Origin: Escherichia coli O127:H6 str. E2348/69
GTDB lineage: Bacteria > Pseudomonadota > Gammaproteobacteria > Enterobacterales > Enterobacteriaceae
DNA: 64,000 bases
Strand: one strand, 5' to 3'
Assembly: GCF_000026545.1 (NCBI RefSeq)
Contig: NC_011601.1
A model generated the notes under the pieces. It searched no databases, was not told the DNA's origin, and saw only the letters and a list, made by a program, of their open reading frames with translations. Shown here one piece after another: positions 57,680 through 64,000 of this stretch. Position 1 is the stretch's first letter. Every line of letters starts with the position of its first letter. Made by a program: the position numbers and the translations under genes.

Positions 57680-57847
57680 ACGTCCGTGCCTGTTGCCGGA
57701 TGTACGATCTGTAGGCCGGATAAGGCACTCGTGCCGCATCCGGCATTTGAGCAGGATGCCTGATGCGACGCTGTCGCGTCTTATCAGGCCTACAACTATT
57801 GCCGACCCGTAGGCCGGATAAGGCACTTGTGCCGCATCCGGCAGTGT

Positions 57848-57850
<3 letters not shown>
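57680..57850. repeat. BIME/REP cluster between rhaA and rhaD
   Basis: Repeated palindromic units TAGGCCGGATAAGGCACTCGTGCCGCATCCGGCA and GCCTGATGCGACGCTGTCGCGTCTTATCAGGCC. Confidence 0.8.
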
Positions 57851-60860
<3,010 letters not shown>

Positions 60861-61697
60861 ATGACCGTATTACATAGTGTGGATTTTTTTCCGTCTGGTA
60901 ACGCGTCCGTGGCGATAGAACCCCGGCTCCCGCAGGCGGATTTTCCTGAACATCATCATGATTTTCATGAAATTGTGATTGTCGAACATGGCACGGGTAT
61001 TCATGTATTTAATGGGCAGCCCTATACCATCACCGGTGGGACGGTCTGTTTCGTACGCGATCATGATCGGCATCTGTATGAACATACCGATAATCTGTGT
61101 CTGACCAATGTGCTGTATCGCTCGCCGGATCGATTTCAGTTTCTCGCCGGGCTGAATCAGTTGCTGCCACAAGAGCAGGATGGGCAGTATCCGTCTCACT
61201 GGCGCGTTAACCACAGCGTATTGCAGCAGGTGCGACAGCTGGTTGCACAGATGGAACAGCAGGAAGGGGAAAATGATTTACCCTCGACCGCCAGTCGCGA
61301 GATCTTATTTATGCAATTATTGCTCTTGCTGCGTAAAAGCAGTTTGCAGGAGAACCTGGAAAACAGCGCATCACGTCTCAACTTGCTTCTGGCCTGGCTG
61401 GAGGACCATTTTGCCGATGAGGTGAATTGGGACGCTGTGGCGGATCAATTTTCTCTTTCATTGCGTACGCTGCATCGCCAGCTTAAGCAGCAAACGGGGC
61501 TGACGCCTCAGCGTTACCTGAACCGCCTGCGACTGATGAAAGCCCGACATCTGCTACGCCACAGCGAGGCCAGCGTTACTGACATCGCCTATCGCTGCGG
61601 ATTCAGCGACAGTAACCACTTTTCGACGCTTTTTCGCCGAGAGTTTAACTGGTCACCGCGTGATATTCGTCAGGGACGGGATGGTTTTCTGCAATAA
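60861..61697 (+). CDS. rhaS: AraC-family transcriptional activator RhaS
   Basis: 278-aa ORF with cupin N-domain and C-terminal AraC HTH. Confidence 0.93.
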   Translation: MTVLHSVDFFPSGNASVAIEPRLPQADFPEHHHDFHEIVIVEHGTGIHVFNGQPYTITGGTVCFVRDHDRHLYEHTDNLCLTNVLYRSPDRFQFLAGLNQLLPQEQDGQYPSHWRVNHSVLQQVRQLVAQMEQQEGENDLPSTASREILFMQLLLLLRKSSLQENLENSASRLNLLLAWLEDHFADEVNWDAVADQFSLSLRTLHRQLKQQTGLTPQRYLNRLRLMKARHLLRHSEASVTDIAYRCGFSDSNHFSTLFRREFNWSPRDIRQGRDGFLQ

Positions 61698-61770
61698 CGC
61701 GAATCTCCTCAACGTATTTGTACGCCATATTGCGAATAATCAACTTCGTTCTCTGGCCGAGGTAGCCACG

Positions 61771-62619
61771 GTGGCGCATCAGTTAAAACTTCTCAAAGAT
61801 GATTTTTTTGCCAGCGACCAGCAGGCAGTCGCTGTGGCTGACCGTTATCCGCAAGATGTCTTTGCCGAACATACACATGATTTTTGTGAGCTGGTGATTG
61901 TCTGGCGCGGTAATGGTCTGCATGTACTCAACGATCGCCCTTATCGCATTACCCGTGGCGATCTCTTTTATATTCATGCTAACGATAAACACTCCTACGC
62001 TTCCGTTAACGATCTGGTTTTGCAGAATATTATTTATTGCCCGGAGCGGCTGAAGCTGAATCTTGACTGGCAGGGAGCGATTCCGGGATTTAGCGCCAGC
62101 GCAGGGCAACCACACTGGCGCTTAGGTAGCGTGGGGATGGCGCAGGCGCGGCAGGTTATCGGTCAGCTTGAGCATGAAAGTAGTCAGCATGTGTCGTTTG
62201 CTAACGAAATGGCTGAGTTGCTATTCGGGCAGTTGGTGATGTTGCTGAATCGCCATCGTTACACCAGTGATTCGTTGCCGCCAACATCCAGCGAAACGTT
62301 GCTGGATAAGCTGATTACCCGGCTGGCGGCTAGCCTGAAAAGTCCCTTTGCGCTGGATAAATTTTGTGATGAGGCATCGTGCAGTGAGCGCGTTTTGCGT
62401 CAGCAATTTCGTCAGCAGACTGGAATGACCATCAATCAATATCTGCGACAGGTCAGAGTGTGTCATGCGCAATATCTCCTCCAGCATAGCCGCCTGTTAA
62501 TCAGTGATATTTCGACCGAATGTGGCTTTGAAGATAGTAACTATTTTTCGGTGGTGTTTACCCGGGAAACCGGGATGACGCCCAGCCAGTGGCGTCATCT
62601 CAATTCGCAGAAAGATTAA
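61771..62619 (+). CDS. rhaR: AraC-family transcriptional activator RhaR
   Basis: 282 aa if started at the GTG at 61771 ([18 protein letters not shown]...); the track ORF starts further upstream and overlaps rhaS. AraC-type HTH at the C-terminus. Confidence 0.88.
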
Positions 62620-63650
62620 TTCGCCATGCCGATGCCGACGATGTTAGCGGCGACAATAATCACCACACAACCGAGGCTCAACACCGTTACCGGACGGCGT
62701 CCTGCATTGTTCCACTCTTTCAGCACCAGCCCGACGATACCGCCGCACAATACATAGAAGCTCATATGCAGCATCCAGCTGATGTAGTCATACTGCGCCG
62801 GAATGCGGGCGTGGCCCCAGGCATAGAAAAAGAATTGCAGATACCACATCAACCCGCCCAGTGCTGAGAGTAACACATTGTGAATGATCAGCGGTTTTGC
62901 CAGCGAGAAGTCGGCTTTTAGCGACAAATCTTTCACTTTTGCCAGACGAATGAAGCAGAAGCCGAGGTTGATGATTGCGCCGCCGCCCATGATGACAACA
63001 TAGCTTGGCAGAGCGACATACAGGGGATCGACGCCCAGCGCGGCAGCGGCTTCATGCATCGGTTTTGCGGCGTTCATCGCAAAGGACATCCCGGCAGAGA
63101 AAATGCCGCACATCACCGCCAGCACCAGCCCTTTTTTCAGATTGAACTCTTCGGCTTTAATGCCCATCTTGCGCTCTTTCAACTGCCCGGCGCGAGTTAC
63201 AATCCCTACGCCAATCAGCGCCACCAGAACGCCGAGCAACGTCATGCGTCCGCCTTCGGTATTAATCAGCACATCGAAATTGCCGTTGATAATTGGCGTC
63301 ATCAGCGTACCGACAATCAACGTAATGCCAATGGCGATGCCAATTCCCATCGACATGCCGAGATAACGCATGGTCAGGCCGTAGTTGATATTACCGATCC
63401 CCCACATAGCGCCGAACAGAAAAACAGGCAGCAGCGTAGAGAGACTAAACGAGCTGTAATACGCCCAGAAATTCGGTAGTAACAGGGCGCTGATGGCCCA
63501 CGGCAGGATAATCCACGAAACAATCCCACCGACTGACCACATGGTTTCCCATGACCATTTTTTTACTTTTTTGAACGGAGCGTAAAAACAGGCTGCACTG
63601 GCCGCGCCGATCAAATGCCAAAATATCCCCATCGTAATCGCGTTACTCAT
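62616..63650 (-). CDS. rhaT: L-rhamnose-proton symporter
   Basis: 344 aa from the ATG at 63650 ([26 protein letters not shown]...); multi-pass membrane protein. Confidence 0.92.
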
Positions 63651-63935
63651 CTTCTTATCCTCATCATTTTTTCGTCGCGTCACATCTCCGACGAGATGAG
63701 TGTAAAAATTGAGCTGTCGATTAACCTTTCGCCTGTTGCCGCCGCTGCCGATTTACTGGCAATCACGGCATTAAGTGGGTGATTTGCTTCACATCTTGGG
63801 CATTTTCCTGCAAAACCATACCCTTATGAAAAGTACGGCATTGATAATCATTTTCAATATCATTTAATTAACTATAATGAACCAACTGCTTACGCGGCAT
63901 TAACAATCGGCCGCCCGACAACACTGGAGATGAAT

Positions 63936-64000
63936 ATGAGTTATACCCTGCCATCCCTGCCGTATGCTTACGATGCCCTGGAACCGCACTTCGATAAGCA
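63936..64000 (+). CDS. sodA: Superoxide dismutase [Mn], 5' fragment truncated by the window edge
   Basis: Begins MSYTLPSLPYAYDALEPHFDK, the conserved SodA N-terminus; only the first 21 codons are in the window. Confidence 0.85.
   Translation, partial: MSYTLPSLPYAYDALEPHFDK

Overview
This window reads as an Escherichia coli-like enterobacterial chromosome segment: the 3' part of an rrnA-type rRNA operon (16S partial, tRNA-Ile, tRNA-Ala, 23S, 5S), then mobBA, yihD, srkA, dsbA, yihF, yihG, polA, spf, engB, csrC, yihI, hemN, yshB, glnGLA, typA, yihX-yihY-dtd-yiiD, fdhE-fdoIHG-fdhD, frvRXBA, rhaMDABSRT and the start of sodA. Gene identities are recognised from the translated ORFs and from recalled K-12 gene order; no database search was run. 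Four stretches do not match the K-12 layout as I recall it. (1) The strongest candidate for an undescribed system is a tightly coupled two-gene cassette between fdhD and frvR (45641-49784): a full-length Hsp90/HtpG paralog with intact GHKL ATPase motifs plus a 768-aa helical, Cys-containing partner with no motif I can place, behind a very AT-rich leader. (2) A divergent yih-like sugar/sulfosugar cluster (24343-32901) has a Zn-dependent dehydrogenase, two MFS transporters and a mutarotase in place of the K-12 yihS/yihQ/yihOP/ompL/yihLMN set. (3) An alpha/beta-hydrolase esterase plus a HigB2/HigA2-like toxin-antitoxin pair sit between yiiD and a yiiE/yiiF-type RHH gene. (4) A ScrY/RafY-like glycoporin lies between frvA and rhaM. 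No CRISPR array, integrase or transposase was seen.
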